From a virus, in the IMG/VR virus record IMGVR_UViG_3300017951_000010, positions 27,412 through 91,411 of that record: a stretch of 64,000 bases of DNA. One strand, 5' to 3'. Below the pieces are notes generated by a model. The model did not search any database. It saw only the letters and a list, made by a program, of their open reading frames with translations, and had not been told where the DNA came from. This document shows positions 29,654-39,985 of the stretch, piece by piece. Position 1 is the stretch's first letter. The number at the start of each line of letters is the position of its first letter. The position numbers and the translations under genes were made by a program.

Positions 29654-30020
29654 GTTTACGAACTAGTTGGATTGTCCTTCTCTTCACCCGTTTCTTTGAA
29701 ATTTGAGACAGTTTTACGGTAGGTCCATGCACTATCTCTACATCTTTGGAATTTAAACTTACTAACGTCGATCTGAAATACCTAAATTGTCCTTTCAAAA
29801 AGATGTTGATTGGTAATTTTCTATTAGACTCATGCCACCAGGTCTCTCCACACTTTAAAAAACGCATCTTGTCCGCTGGCATCATAAGCCTTCCATAATC
29901 GTAAAAACTTATAACATTTGCATCTTCATTCTGCACAATGCCAACGTATTCCAAATCGCCCTTTCTGATCAGGCTTAAAAAGGGAAATTTATCCCTTAAG
30001 GTGTAAAAAATTTCGTTCAT
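29646..30020 (-). CDS. hypothetical protein
   Basis: 124 aa, WWHESNRKLPINIFL, basic C-terminus. Confidence 0.65.
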   Translation of the reverse strand: MNEIFYTLRDKFPFLSLIRKGDLEYVGIVQNEDANVISFYDYGRLMMPADKMRFLKCGETWWHESNRKLPINIFLKGQFRYFRSTLVSLNSKDVEIVHGPTVKLSQISKKRVKRRTIQLVRKPT

Positions 30021-30028
30021 GCTCTATC

Positions 30029-30046
30029 TATAAATACTGTTAAATA
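30029..30046 (+). promoter_or_regulatory. T4-type late promoter boxes
   Basis: Perfect TATAAATA 30029-30036 plus TAAATA 30041-30046, 6 nt before ATG 30053. Confidence 0.7.
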
Positions 30047-30052
30047 TGTATT

Positions 30053-30847
30053 ATGCAAACAGTATCAAGGTATTTACTCAACAATGTGGTAATTGTTTAC
30101 CAAAATGGTTATCATGGAAGGAACTCAAAGGTGTACGATAGAAGACTTACAATTCATAGAGGAGTTACAAATCCACTTACCTTTACGTTCAAAAATGAGG
30201 ATCAGAAAGCCCAAGATGTGTCATCGAAGACAGTGGCCAGTGGAAACTACTACCAATTGGTGATTGTTGATACCGAATCAAAGAAAGCGGTTATCACAAA
30301 AAATTTGACTATTTTAGACGACGGAAGCACAATTACAACTAAAGGACAAGCAAAATGTGAGATATCAGACGGAGACCTTTTGGCTTTAGATGCAAAATTT
30401 TACGAGTATTCAATTCAGGAAATCAAATCAGACGGCAGTACGCTGGTCACTTATGCAGATACAAGTTACGTGGCGGGGGGTAGCATAGAAATATTAGACA
30501 CAGCATATCCACAGTTCACACCTAGTTTGACCGTGAGCAGTTTCACGTTGTCCAGCGATATTTTCACATCCGGTGCTGTTAAGGGACGTCCGGGTATCAA
30601 CAACAACAAGGCACTACACACTGTTGCCATTTATCCAAATAACTTTTCGGGCACAGTGGAAGTACAAGGTACCATGGAAACTGTTCCGTCTGCGAATGAC
30701 TATTTTACAATTACCAGTACTACAATGACCGACTCGTCAAGTGTTACAAGTTTAAACTTCACAGGTGTTTTCCAAAATGTGCGTTTCAAGGCCACCAGAA
30801 CATCTGGTAACACTGGTAAGATTGACAAAATACTTTATAGACAGTAA
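30053..30847 (+). CDS. putative virion structural protein (Ser/Thr-rich, beta-rich)
   Basis: Late box upstream; composition typical of tail/baseplate accessory proteins. Confidence 0.55.
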   Translation: MQTVSRYLLNNVVIVYQNGYHGRNSKVYDRRLTIHRGVTNPLTFTFKNEDQKAQDVSSKTVASGNYYQLVIVDTESKKAVITKNLTILDDGSTITTKGQAKCEISDGDLLALDAKFYEYSIQEIKSDGSTLVTYADTSYVAGGSIEILDTAYPQFTPSLTVSSFTLSSDIFTSGAVKGRPGINNNKALHTVAIYPNNFSGTVEVQGTMETVPSANDYFTITSTTMTDSSSVTSLNFTGVFQNVRFKATRTSGNTGKIDKILYRQ

Positions 30848-30850
30848 AAT
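30822..30850 (+). promoter_or_regulatory. sigma70-type promoter for primase-helicase
   Basis: TTGACA 30822-30827, 17-nt spacer, TAAAAT 30845-30850. Confidence 0.65.
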
Positions 30851-30857
30851 ATAGGGT

Positions 30858-31871
30858 ATGAACCTGATCCAATCTACTATTCTGACAAGTCTACCTGCGG
30901 CTAGGAAAAAAACTCCCAGTGGCTGGATATCTTTCAATGCGCCTTGTTGCGTACACAACGGCGAGACGGCAGACAAAAAGAAACGTGGTGGCATAATGAC
31001 CAGTGCAGACGGAACAGTAAGTTATCACTGCTTCAATTGTGGATTCAAGGCCAGTTACGTGATCGGCAGGAAGCTCACGTACAAGATGAGGCAGTTCATG
31101 GGCTACATCGGCATACCCGACGACACAATAAAGAAGTTGGCCATAGAGGCCATGCGTGAAGAAGAGAACGACATCAAGTATGAGAAAAAGAAATTTGTAA
31201 ACTTTAAAAACAAAGCACTGCCAAAAAACACACACAAACTTGATATTTGGCTAGAGAAATATATCGGAAACGACTTGACAGAACCGCAATGGAAAAAAAT
31301 TGATGGACTACTCAAATACCTAGGAGATAGAGGCATTGGCCCTGATTGGTATGATTTCATGTACTCTCCAGACAAGATGTGGGACATACACCAACGTCTG
31401 TTAATACCATTCTATTGGAGGGGTGACATTGTTGGTTACACAGGAAGAATATTTGAAGAATCGCGTGGTGTAAAATATTACACCGACGTATGGCCGGGGT
31501 ACGTGTTCAACATGGACGCACAGGATTGGGCAAGGAAATTTGTTATAGTCACTGAGGGACCTTTTGATGCCATTGCCGTTTCTGGAGTCAGCATACTGGG
31601 GTCGGAGATAAATGACACACAAAGAGAGTTGATTAATAATCTTGGAAGAAGAGTTATTGTTGTACCGGACAGAGATGCACCTGGAGAAAAATTGATTGAT
31701 CAGGCGACAGAGTTTGGATGGAGCGTGGCCTTTCCTGAATGGGATAACAGTATCAATGATGTTGCAGATGCAGTAAAGAATTATGGGAGGCTGTACACGA
31801 TACAATCTATTTTGAAAACAGCAGAAAGTACCAAACTTAAAATTGACCTGAAGAGGAGGATGTATGGTTAG
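30858..31871 (+). CDS. DNA primase (T4 gp61-like)
   Basis: Zn-binding PCC...HCFNC, GYTGR, TOPRIM TEGPFDA and PDRD. Confidence 0.9.
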   Translation: MNLIQSTILTSLPAARKKTPSGWISFNAPCCVHNGETADKKKRGGIMTSADGTVSYHCFNCGFKASYVIGRKLTYKMRQFMGYIGIPDDTIKKLAIEAMREEENDIKYEKKKFVNFKNKALPKNTHKLDIWLEKYIGNDLTEPQWKKIDGLLKYLGDRGIGPDWYDFMYSPDKMWDIHQRLLIPFYWRGDIVGYTGRIFEESRGVKYYTDVWPGYVFNMDAQDWARKFVIVTEGPFDAIAVSGVSILGSEINDTQRELINNLGRRVIVVPDRDAPGEKLIDQATEFGWSVAFPEWDNSINDVADAVKNYGRLYTIQSILKTAESTKLKIDLKRRMYG

Positions 31872-32772
31872 TTTCCACGTTGAACCTACAAGTAAATGCA
31901 CTCTGGCGTGTAGCCTATGTGATAGGACTTGGTTCTATGAAAAGTTCAAGACTCGATCTATACACGAAATTGATGTAGACAATCTTGTATCTTTTGTGGG
32001 TGCCAATGCTAACATCGAACTGTGTGGCAACAACGGAGATCCTATATATCATTCTAAGTTCTTAGAACTTATTCGTAAATTAAAAGATAACAACTGTAGG
32101 ATAAGCATTATAACAAACGGTTCATCGAGAAGTAAAACTTGGTGGACAAGTTTATCTGTCCTACTGACAGAAAAAGATTCAATTACATTTAGCATAGACG
32201 GTCTAGAGGATACCAATCACATCTATCGTAAAAATTCTAAATGGCACACAATAATAGAGGCTGTAAATGTCATGTCGTCTAGTAAATGTAAATTGATTTG
32301 GAAGTTCATTGTATTCAAACACAATCAACATCAGATAGAACAAGCACAGGGTTTTTCAAAGACTTTGGGTTTTGATCATTTCAGATTAGAGCAGAGCGAT
32401 AGATGGTTAGGACAAAAAGATTTGATGCCTGACGAGGAATATGTTGACAAATACTACAAGCATCAGGAGTCAGTTTTGATTGACAAAGACTACCAAACCC
32501 AAATGAGTCCTGCTTGTTTGGTAAATGACAAACCAAGTTCTGACCTTTATATAGACGCAGAAGGCGACTTTTATCCTTGCTGTTGGATGGGCACCTATAG
32601 ATACAAGTACAAGAACATTTTTTCACCAAAACAATCAAATTTCAATATTAGAAACAACACACTACAAGATATTTTGCAAAGGTCGGATGTGGTTGAATTT
32701 TTTAATTCAACAAAACAATTTACATCTGCACACGATTGTTGTAAAATACAATGCGGAGTAAAAAATGGCTGA
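31864..32772 (+). CDS. radical SAM protein with C-terminal SPASM/twitch-like domain
   Basis: CTLACSLC, CGNNGDP, TNG, FSIDG, PCCW...DCCKIQC. Confidence 0.88.
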   Translation: MVSFHVEPTSKCTLACSLCDRTWFYEKFKTRSIHEIDVDNLVSFVGANANIELCGNNGDPIYHSKFLELIRKLKDNNCRISIITNGSSRSKTWWTSLSVLLTEKDSITFSIDGLEDTNHIYRKNSKWHTIIEAVNVMSSSKCKLIWKFIVFKHNQHQIEQAQGFSKTLGFDHFRLEQSDRWLGQKDLMPDEEYVDKYYKHQESVLIDKDYQTQMSPACLVNDKPSSDLYIDAEGDFYPCCWMGTYRYKYKNIFSPKQSNFNIRNNTLQDILQRSDVVEFFNSTKQFTSAHDCCKIQCGVKNG

Positions 32773-34204
32773 ATACACATTTGATGTACAAAAACTTTAT
32801 ATAGAAATGCTTTTGGCAGATGCGGAATCATTTGCTAGAGCGCAGAATATATTCAAACCGGAATCTTTTGATCGAAAACTGCAACCAATTGCCAAGTTCG
32901 TCAAAGACTACATGGACGAATACAAAGTCATGCCAGAGGTTGAACAAGTGAACGCAAAGCATGACATAAAGTTGAAATCAGCAAAAGACCTAGACCCGAG
33001 CCATTTCAATTGGCTACTAGACGAATTTGAAACATTCTCGAGACACAAGGCACTGGAACGTGCGATACTACAGTCAGCAGACTTATTGGAAAAGGGCGAC
33101 TATGCTCCTGTGGAGGACATGGTCAAAGACGCAGTGAACGTGGGACTGACACGTGATCTCGGTACAGACTACTTTGAGGACCCTAAAGGAAGACTAGAGG
33201 CACTCAAGGCAAACAACGGGCAGATCAGCACAGGCTGGCAGAACCTCGACAAGAAACTGTTTGGCGGTTTCAACCGTGGAGAACTAAACATCTTTGCAGG
33301 TGGATCAGGCGCAGGTAAGAGTTTGTTCTTGCAGAATCTTGCGGTGAACTGGGCACAGGCTGGTCTGAACGTTTGTTACATATCATTTGAATTGAGTGAA
33401 CAACTGACTGCTATGAGATTGGACGCTATGATGACAAACATTCCCACTCGTAAGGTGTTTCCAGAGATAGAAAACGTAGAGATGAAGGTCAAAATGCTTG
33501 CCAAGAAATCAGGTACTCTTCAAATCAAATACTTGCCAAGCGGAAGTAACGTGTTGGACGTGAGAACATATCTCAAAGAGCTAGAACTAAAAAACAAGAA
33601 GAAAATTGATTGCATACTGATAGACTATTTGGATCTCATGATGCCAAAAAGCAAAAGGATATCTCCGGCAGACTTGTTTATCAAGGACAAGTATGTTTCG
33701 GAAGAACTGAGGAACTTGGTTGTGGAAAAACAGTGTGTACTTGCAACTGCATCACAGTTGAACAGGGCGTCTGTGGAAGAGATCGAATTCGATCACAGTC
33801 ACATATCGGGCGGACTGTCCAAGATACAAACCGCTGACAACGTGATAGGTATATTCACATCGAGGGCTATGAAAGAACGTGGTAGGTATCAGATACAGTT
33901 CATGAAGACAAGATCAAGTTCTGGTGTTGGACAGAAAGTGGACTTGGAGTTTGACGTGGACAGTTTACGTATCAGGGACCTGGCAGATGATCCGGAATAC
34001 AAACAGTTTGACAAACAAAGAAGCACAATATACGATAACCTCAAGAAGACATCTAAGGTCACGGGCAGTGACACTCCAAAAGATGCGAGAGATAGTGTAC
34101 CAGACCCAACAAAAGGTGACACCATAGGTAAGGTGAAAGCAACTGTCGAGGGCGGCAAACTGAGACAACTCTTAAACGAACTGCACTCAGATGAAGAACA
34201 ATAA
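32765..34204 (+). CDS. replicative DnaB-like helicase (T4 gp41-like)
   Basis: ISTGW, GGSGAGKS, SFEL, IDYLDL, ASQLNR, MKTR. Confidence 0.93.
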   Translation: MAEYTFDVQKLYIEMLLADAESFARAQNIFKPESFDRKLQPIAKFVKDYMDEYKVMPEVEQVNAKHDIKLKSAKDLDPSHFNWLLDEFETFSRHKALERAILQSADLLEKGDYAPVEDMVKDAVNVGLTRDLGTDYFEDPKGRLEALKANNGQISTGWQNLDKKLFGGFNRGELNIFAGGSGAGKSLFLQNLAVNWAQAGLNVCYISFELSEQLTAMRLDAMMTNIPTRKVFPEIENVEMKVKMLAKKSGTLQIKYLPSGSNVLDVRTYLKELELKNKKKIDCILIDYLDLMMPKSKRISPADLFIKDKYVSEELRNLVVEKQCVLATASQLNRASVEEIEFDHSHISGGLSKIQTADNVIGIFTSRAMKERGRYQIQFMKTRSSSGVGQKVDLEFDVDSLRIRDLADDPEYKQFDKQRSTIYDNLKKTSKVTGSDTPKDARDSVPDPTKGDTIGKVKATVEGGKLRQLLNELHSDEEQ

Positions 34205-34874
34205 CGACATAGAATTCATCTATGAGAAGTTAAGTTCACTGTACCCAAACTACTCAAACAAGAAACCCAAAGCAAAAATATATTCCAAAGCATACACTAG
34301 CCTGATAGGAGTAATGCTGTCGGCACAGTCACAGGATAAAAGGACCGCTGTTGCTTGTAGACAATTATTTGCTTTGGCCGACACACCCGAGGAGATGTTA
34401 AAACTATCACAGGCGGAAATTATCGAGGCCATAAAACCCGCAGGACTGTTTAACGCAAAGTCTAAAAACATACTAGCCACTAGCAAAATGTTACTTGAAA
34501 AATTTAACGGGCGTGTGCCAAACACACAGAAAGAACTGATGACACTGCCCGGAGTTGGACGTAAGAGTTCTGATATCGTTATGAGATTTGTTTTTGGTGA
34601 GCCACACATAGCAGTGGACACCCACGTGTTCAGGATGTTGTGGAGGCTAGGTTGGGTGGACTCATTAGACGAAGGCAAGGCATCTATCACTGTGAACAAT
34701 ACCACACCCAGCAAGTACAAGTACGGTGCACATATGTGGTTGATAACACACGCCAAGTTGGTGTGTAAATCAAGATCGCCGTTGTGCGACTCCTGTGTGA
34801 TAAGCGCCGCGTGTGACCGGCGGAACATCGACACACCAAAAAATAAATTACGTCAAGAAATCTCCGCAACATAA
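34191..34874 (+). CDS. nth: endonuclease III (HhH-GPD DNA glycosylase/AP lyase)
   Basis: LSAQSQD, LPGVGRKS, AVDTHV, 4Fe-4S loop CKSRSPLCDSCVISAAC. Confidence 0.93.
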   Translation: MKNNNDIEFIYEKLSSLYPNYSNKKPKAKIYSKAYTSLIGVMLSAQSQDKRTAVACRQLFALADTPEEMLKLSQAEIIEAIKPAGLFNAKSKNILATSKMLLEKFNGRVPNTQKELMTLPGVGRKSSDIVMRFVFGEPHIAVDTHVFRMLWRLGWVDSLDEGKASITVNNTTPSKYKYGAHMWLITHAKLVCKSRSPLCDSCVISAACDRRNIDTPKNKLRQEISAT

Positions 34875-34926
34875 TCTACGCAGATAAATATGTTTGCTCA
34901 AGGCAACAACAGGCAAACATAGGCAA

Positions 34927-36618
34927 ATGAAAGATAAGGAACTAAACGACATAACAAGGCTGTACGATAGATTTATTAGGCAATGCCCAGGCACAGAAGA
35001 ATACACGCAAAGGCTCGCTGAGGAAACTCGCATCATCCTTCAACTACGTTTCGTAGATTACTTCATACAAATATGTGACATCATTGCAATGACACGAGAC
35101 ATACCACACATGACACGTGGTTCGGCTGGTTCGTCATTGGTCTGTTACCTATTGGGCATAACAGATGTGGACCCAGTGGAGTGGGGCATACCCGTAGCAA
35201 GGTTCCTCAATCCCAACAGGGATGACCTACCTGATGTTGATATAGACTTTCCCCATCACAAGCAGGACGAGGTGATGCAAAGAATATTCAAACGTTGGCC
35301 GGGACGCAGTGCTAGAATATCTAACTACGTGCTCTATCAAGATAAGTCGGCAAGGCGTGAAGCGGCGAAACGTTTGGGTGTCAAGGGTAACCTACCCCGC
35401 AGGTTCACATATGATTCGTTAGGCATCGACGCCAAAGAGGCCAGACGTATCGAGAACAAATTGAAAGGTAAGAAAAGATGCATATCAAAACACTGCGGAG
35501 GAATACTGATGTTTCAAAGACAACTACCAAAAAGCCTGTTCACGGCGGAGAACCAAATACTACTAGACAAGAACGAAGTGGAGGACCTGGAACACCTCAA
35601 GGTGGACATTTTAGCCAATCGTGGTTTGTCGCAACTCATAGAGATAGATCCCATACGGAAACTGACAGACTATCCCGAAGAGGATTCCGCTACTTCGGAA
35701 CTTTTGTGCAGGGGAGATGTACTGGGAGTGACACAGGCAGAGAGTCCGGCCATGAGGAGACTGTTCAGGGCGATACAACCGAAGAGTAGGAAGGACTGTG
35801 TGTTCGCCACGGCACTGATAAGGCCCGTTGCCATATCAGGACGCAAGAAGGCCACCATGTTCCATGACTGGAGCAAGGAACGTATGAGTGATACTATTGT
35901 GTATGAGGATGATGCCATAGACAGGATCGCAGAGGTGCTGGACATAGACAAGTATGAGGCCGACATGTACAGACGTGCATTCGCCAAGAAGAACGAAGAA
36001 AAGATAATGGAGTTCATAACGAGACTGGGCGAGCATCCACGCAAGGACGAGATTATAACAATGCTACAGTCATTGTCAGGGTTTGGCCTGTGCAGGGCAC
36101 ACGCCGTTAACCTGGGAAGGTTGATATGGGCGTTGGCTTATCAAAAAGCACACAACAAAGAAAAATTTTGGAGATCTTGTTTAAAACACTGCCAGGGATC
36201 ATACAAGCGTTGGGTTTACAGGACAGAAGCCAAGCGTGTGGGCATAGAAGTAGTAACACCTAGCAAGTCCGACAAATGGGACACACCGGAGTACCAATAC
36301 AGGAAGTACGGTTGGTGGAGCCAGGATAATTTCATGCCAGGCATGTACGTGAAAGAACTTTATCTGGACAAAGTGGAGTTCGCAGGTATGATAGCCAACG
36401 GAAGAGTGTTCCGTAGCGACAAAGGTAGTTACGTGACGTTCCTGACGCTGGGCGTTGGTAATGGACAATACATAGATGTCACTATCAAACGAGCGTTTGC
36501 ATACAGTGATCATGATGTGGTGTGGGGACAGGGTACAATAAGGCACAGCAACAACTCGGACTATGTGGAGTGCTATGATTCAAAAGGTTTCCGTTTGGAA
36601 AAATTCAACAATAAGTAA
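34927..36618 (+). CDS. dnaE: compact DnaE-family DNA polymerase lacking the PHP domain
   Basis: RGSAGSSLVCYLLGITDVDP, RFLNPNRDDLPDVDIDF, SKHCGG, KVDIL, ALIRP, AHA, C-terminal OB-fold-like segment. Confidence 0.85.
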   Translation: MKDKELNDITRLYDRFIRQCPGTEEYTQRLAEETRIILQLRFVDYFIQICDIIAMTRDIPHMTRGSAGSSLVCYLLGITDVDPVEWGIPVARFLNPNRDDLPDVDIDFPHHKQDEVMQRIFKRWPGRSARISNYVLYQDKSARREAAKRLGVKGNLPRRFTYDSLGIDAKEARRIENKLKGKKRCISKHCGGILMFQRQLPKSLFTAENQILLDKNEVEDLEHLKVDILANRGLSQLIEIDPIRKLTDYPEEDSATSELLCRGDVLGVTQAESPAMRRLFRAIQPKSRKDCVFATALIRPVAISGRKKATMFHDWSKERMSDTIVYEDDAIDRIAEVLDIDKYEADMYRRAFAKKNEEKIMEFITRLGEHPRKDEIITMLQSLSGFGLCRAHAVNLGRLIWALAYQKAHNKEKFWRSCLKHCQGSYKRWVYRTEAKRVGIEVVTPSKSDKWDTPEYQYRKYGWWSQDNFMPGMYVKELYLDKVEFAGMIANGRVFRSDKGSYVTFLTLGVGNGQYIDVTIKRAFAYSDHDVVWGQGTIRHSNNSDYVECYDSKGFRLEKFNNK

Positions 36619-36743
36619 ATCTGTAACGCCATTATTCAATGACGTCGGAAAAACAAGGACCTGCTGAGTTGAGAGAAACACAGGCACTGCAAAAAAGGCC
36701 CTTCCGTATGCGAATTAATCGCTAACAATCACAAAACAAAGTG

Positions 36744-36772
36744 TTGACTTATTGTTATAGAACAAATAATAT
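36744..36772 (+). promoter_or_regulatory. sigma70-type promoter of the ABC transporter operon
   Basis: TTGACT 36744-36749, 17-nt spacer, TAATAT 36767-36772; SD AAGGAG before ATG 36798. Confidence 0.6.
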
Positions 36773-36797
36773 GTGAAAACTTATATAAGGAGAATAA

Positions 36798-38054
36798 ATG
36801 AAAAAAATCATAATTTCAATAATTTCCTTTCTAGCATTAATTTGCATGCCTGTAATGGGTTTGGCAAAGGATGTAAAGATAGGAGTGATATATCCGCTGA
36901 CAGGGTCATCTGCACAGATTGGTAAGGATGCTGTTGCGGCAGTGAATACTGCTTTGGATATTATCAACAACAGCCATGACATACCAGGCATGCCTCTGGC
37001 AAAGAACAAAGGACTAAAAGGTCTTAACGGAGCCAATGTCAGCATAGTTGTGGGTGACCATACAGGAAAACCAGACGTTGGTGTCAGTGAGACTGAAAAG
37101 ATGCTGAACAAAGATGGTGTCCACGCCATGTATGGTGCATACTTTAGTTCAGTGGTAGCCGCGGCTAGCACAGTGACGGAAAGAGCAGGAATACCATTTG
37201 TAAATGGAGATTCTGCATCACCTAAACTAACATCGAGAGGTCTGAAATACTTTTTTAGAGTTGGGCCACACGATGGAATGTTTACTCAGTTGATGTTCGA
37301 ATTCATAAAGGACTTCAACAAGAAAAACAATGCAAACCTGAACACATTGGGTATCATACACGAAGACACACTTTGGGGTTCAGACAGTGGATCAACTCAA
37401 AACAAGATGGCCAAAGAACAAGGTTTGAACGTTGTTGAGAAAATCAGTTACAAGGCGTCTACCACGACGTTGACATCTGAAGTACAGAAACTGAAGGCAT
37501 CAAATCCAGATGTAACTCTTCCGTCTCAGTATACCGCAGATGCATTCTTGTTCATGAACACAGCCAAGGAGTTGGATTACAATCCTAAATTGTTAATCGC
37601 CCAGAACGCTGGATACGTCGACCCAACATTTATTTCAACAATGGGTGACAAGGCAGAGGGCGTGATTTCAAGATCACCTTTCAACACTGATCTAGCAAAG
37701 ACCATACCAATGATAGGAACCATAAATGAGATCTTCAAGAAACACTCAGGCGGTAGAGATCTGTCTGATGTTCCAGCGAGAGCATTTACTGGATTCATGG
37801 CCCTTGCTGTTGCAATAGACAACGCGGGCTCGACAGATCCTGATAAGATCAGACAGGCTCTTGTGGATCTAGACATTCCAGGCGAAGCATTGATAGTACC
37901 ATACAGAGGTGTCAAGTTTGGTCCAGACGGGCAAAACTCGGCAGTGAGAGGTGTGCTGATGCAGGTTCAAAACGGAAAATACTGTACTGTATATCCTTAT
38001 GAACTAGCGGCTTGTGACCTTGTGTATCCTATGCCAACTTGGGATCAAAAATAA
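36798..38054 (+). CDS. HAAT/Liv-family ABC transporter substrate-binding protein
   Basis: Signal peptide, VKIGVIYPLTG, GAYFSS, YFFRVGP, EDTLWG. Confidence 0.93.
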   Translation: MKKIIISIISFLALICMPVMGLAKDVKIGVIYPLTGSSAQIGKDAVAAVNTALDIINNSHDIPGMPLAKNKGLKGLNGANVSIVVGDHTGKPDVGVSETEKMLNKDGVHAMYGAYFSSVVAAASTVTERAGIPFVNGDSASPKLTSRGLKYFFRVGPHDGMFTQLMFEFIKDFNKKNNANLNTLGIIHEDTLWGSDSGSTQNKMAKEQGLNVVEKISYKASTTTLTSEVQKLKASNPDVTLPSQYTADAFLFMNTAKELDYNPKLLIAQNAGYVDPTFISTMGDKAEGVISRSPFNTDLAKTIPMIGTINEIFKKHSGGRDLSDVPARAFTGFMALAVAIDNAGSTDPDKIRQALVDLDIPGEALIVPYRGVKFGPDGQNSAVRGVLMQVQNGKYCTVYPYELAACDLVYPMPTWDQK

Positions 38055-38065
38055 CAACACCAAAC

Positions 38066-38095
38066 TTCGAGGCGTAGGCGTCGCGACGCCTCGAA
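38066..38095 (+). terminator. intercistronic stem-loop after the binding-protein gene (attenuator or mRNA stabiliser)
   Basis: TTCGAGGCGT 38066-38075 / ACGCCTCGAA 38086-38095. Confidence 0.6.
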
Positions 38096-38111
38096 TTCAT
38101 ATTTTCATACA

Positions 38112-38978
38112 ATGGGCACTGATATCATTATACAGGCAATCGTAGCAGGACTGATGATGGGACTGATATATGCCTTGATAGCGGCGGGCCTCAGTTTGAT
38201 TTTTGGATTAATGGAGATTGTAAATTTCGCTCACGGCGAACACCTTATGCTGTCCATGTTTACAACATTCTGGTTGTGGTCATTGTTCGGCCTGGATCCT
38301 TTACATTCAATTCCGGTAACTGTTTTGCTGATGGCATTCTGTGGTATAATCACACATTACTTCTTGATACGTTACATATTGAAAGCGAAGATGTTGATAC
38401 AGATATGTGCAACCTTTGGGTTGTCTATATTCATGAGATCATTGGCGCAACTTTTGTGGACACCAGATTACAGACACGTGTCCAATCCGATTCTGGAAGG
38501 CAGGCTCGAAATAGGTAACATATACATCGGACAACCACAACTGTTCGCCAGCATGGTTTGCCTACTGGCTTTCGTAGGACTCTACTGGTTCGTAAACAGA
38601 ACTGACACAGGGCTGGCAATACAGGCAACTTCACAGGACAGGCATGCCGCAGAAATCCTGGGTATACCATCTAATAAAATGTTCGCACTGGGGTGGGCCA
38701 TAGGCCTAGGCTGTGTTGCTGTTGCTGGTTCAATGATGATGAACTACTTTGCTGTTTTCACAGACGTTGGTACCAACTTTGCCCTATTTGCCTTTGTTGC
38801 GGTTGCCCTCGGCGGTTTCGGTAGCATTATCGGCTGTCTATATGCGGGCATCATAATAGGCCTTGTAGAGTCACTGGGCGGCCTGCTGATAGACCCTTCG
38901 TTTAAATTACTGTACATTTTTGCCATATACCTCATAGTTGTGATTTACAGACCGCAGGGTTTGTTCGGGAGATACTGA
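38112..38978 (+). CDS. livH: Liv-type ABC permease
   Basis: YALIAAGLSLIFG...VNFAHG, ALGGFGS; multi-TM. Confidence 0.92.
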   Translation: MGTDIIIQAIVAGLMMGLIYALIAAGLSLIFGLMEIVNFAHGEHLMLSMFTTFWLWSLFGLDPLHSIPVTVLLMAFCGIITHYFLIRYILKAKMLIQICATFGLSIFMRSLAQLLWTPDYRHVSNPILEGRLEIGNIYIGQPQLFASMVCLLAFVGLYWFVNRTDTGLAIQATSQDRHAAEILGIPSNKMFALGWAIGLGCVAVAGSMMMNYFAVFTDVGTNFALFAFVAVALGGFGSIIGCLYAGIIIGLVESLGGLLIDPSFKLLYIFAIYLIVVIYRPQGLFGRY

Positions 38979-39985
38979 TGAGCAACGCACTGTCACAAGC
39001 GAAGTCAGAACCAATTTACAACACCAACGGAAAAATTGCATTCTCAATATTGTGTACTGTGATTCTACTTGCGTTCCTGCCTGTAATTGGCATTAACAAT
39101 TTTTACCTACATTTGTTTATCATGTTATTCATGCACAGTGTGATGGCGCAATCATGGAACATCATCGCCGGCTTTTCAGGACAGATAAGTCTGGGACATG
39201 GATTATTTTTTGGTATAGGTGCTTACGCTACATCATTCCTCTACACCGAATACGCAATAACACCCTGGATCGGTATAATATTCGGCATGGCGGTGTCGGG
39301 TGTATTGGCAGTTCTCATAGGTGTTCCTATGTTGCGATTACACGGTCACTACTTTGCCATAGCGACATTATTGATAGCAATCAGTTTCTCATTGTTTTTC
39401 AGACGATGGGATCTTGTCGGAGCGGCATCTGGACTCTGGATCACAATGACAGATACAGATTCATGGATGGCACTTCAGTTCCATTCAAGTAAAGTTCCAT
39501 ACTACTATATTTTCTTATCATTCTTCATTGCTAGTTTCCTCATGACGTGGATATTGAACAGATCCAAACTAGGTTATAGGTTGAAAGCAGTACGAGATGA
39601 TCAACAGGCGGCGGCCAGCATCGGAATAGATGTGTCACGTCATAAGATATTGGCCTACGTGATTTCGGCGATGATGATGTCTCCAATGGGAAGTCTGTTC
39701 GCACAGTACATACTCATAATTGACCCTGCGACAGTGTTCAATATAGAATTTTCAATCGTGGTGCTTTTAATTACAGTGCTGGGAGGCATTGGAAGCGTGT
39801 GGGGGCCTTTGATAGGCACTGCTATCCTGATTCCGATCTCCGAATACACTAGGATATACCTAGGCGGGACCGGAGGAGCAGTTGACCTTATACTCTACGG
39901 ATTGATACTGATGCTGATATGTGTGTTCAGACCAACAGGTTTGATATCATTACTACCTAACAAAGTATTACAAAGGAAAAAATGA
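38978..39985 (+). CDS. livM: Liv-type ABC permease
   Basis: WNIIAGFSGQISLGHG, GHYFAIAT, AVRDD, VLGGIG. Confidence 0.92.
   Translation: MSNALSQAKSEPIYNTNGKIAFSILCTVILLAFLPVIGINNFYLHLFIMLFMHSVMAQSWNIIAGFSGQISLGHGLFFGIGAYATSFLYTEYAITPWIGIIFGMAVSGVLAVLIGVPMLRLHGHYFAIATLLIAISFSLFFRRWDLVGAASGLWITMTDTDSWMALQFHSSKVPYYYIFLSFFIASFLMTWILNRSKLGYRLKAVRDDQQAAASIGIDVSRHKILAYVISAMMMSPMGSLFAQYILIIDPATVFNIEFSIVVLLITVLGGIGSVWGPLIGTAILIPISEYTRIYLGGTGGAVDLILYGLILMLICVFRPTGLISLLPNKVLQRKK

Noticed and set aside
36660-36684. Hammerhead-like CTGA...GAAA
   Set aside because: Lacks the CUGANGA core spacing and stem II
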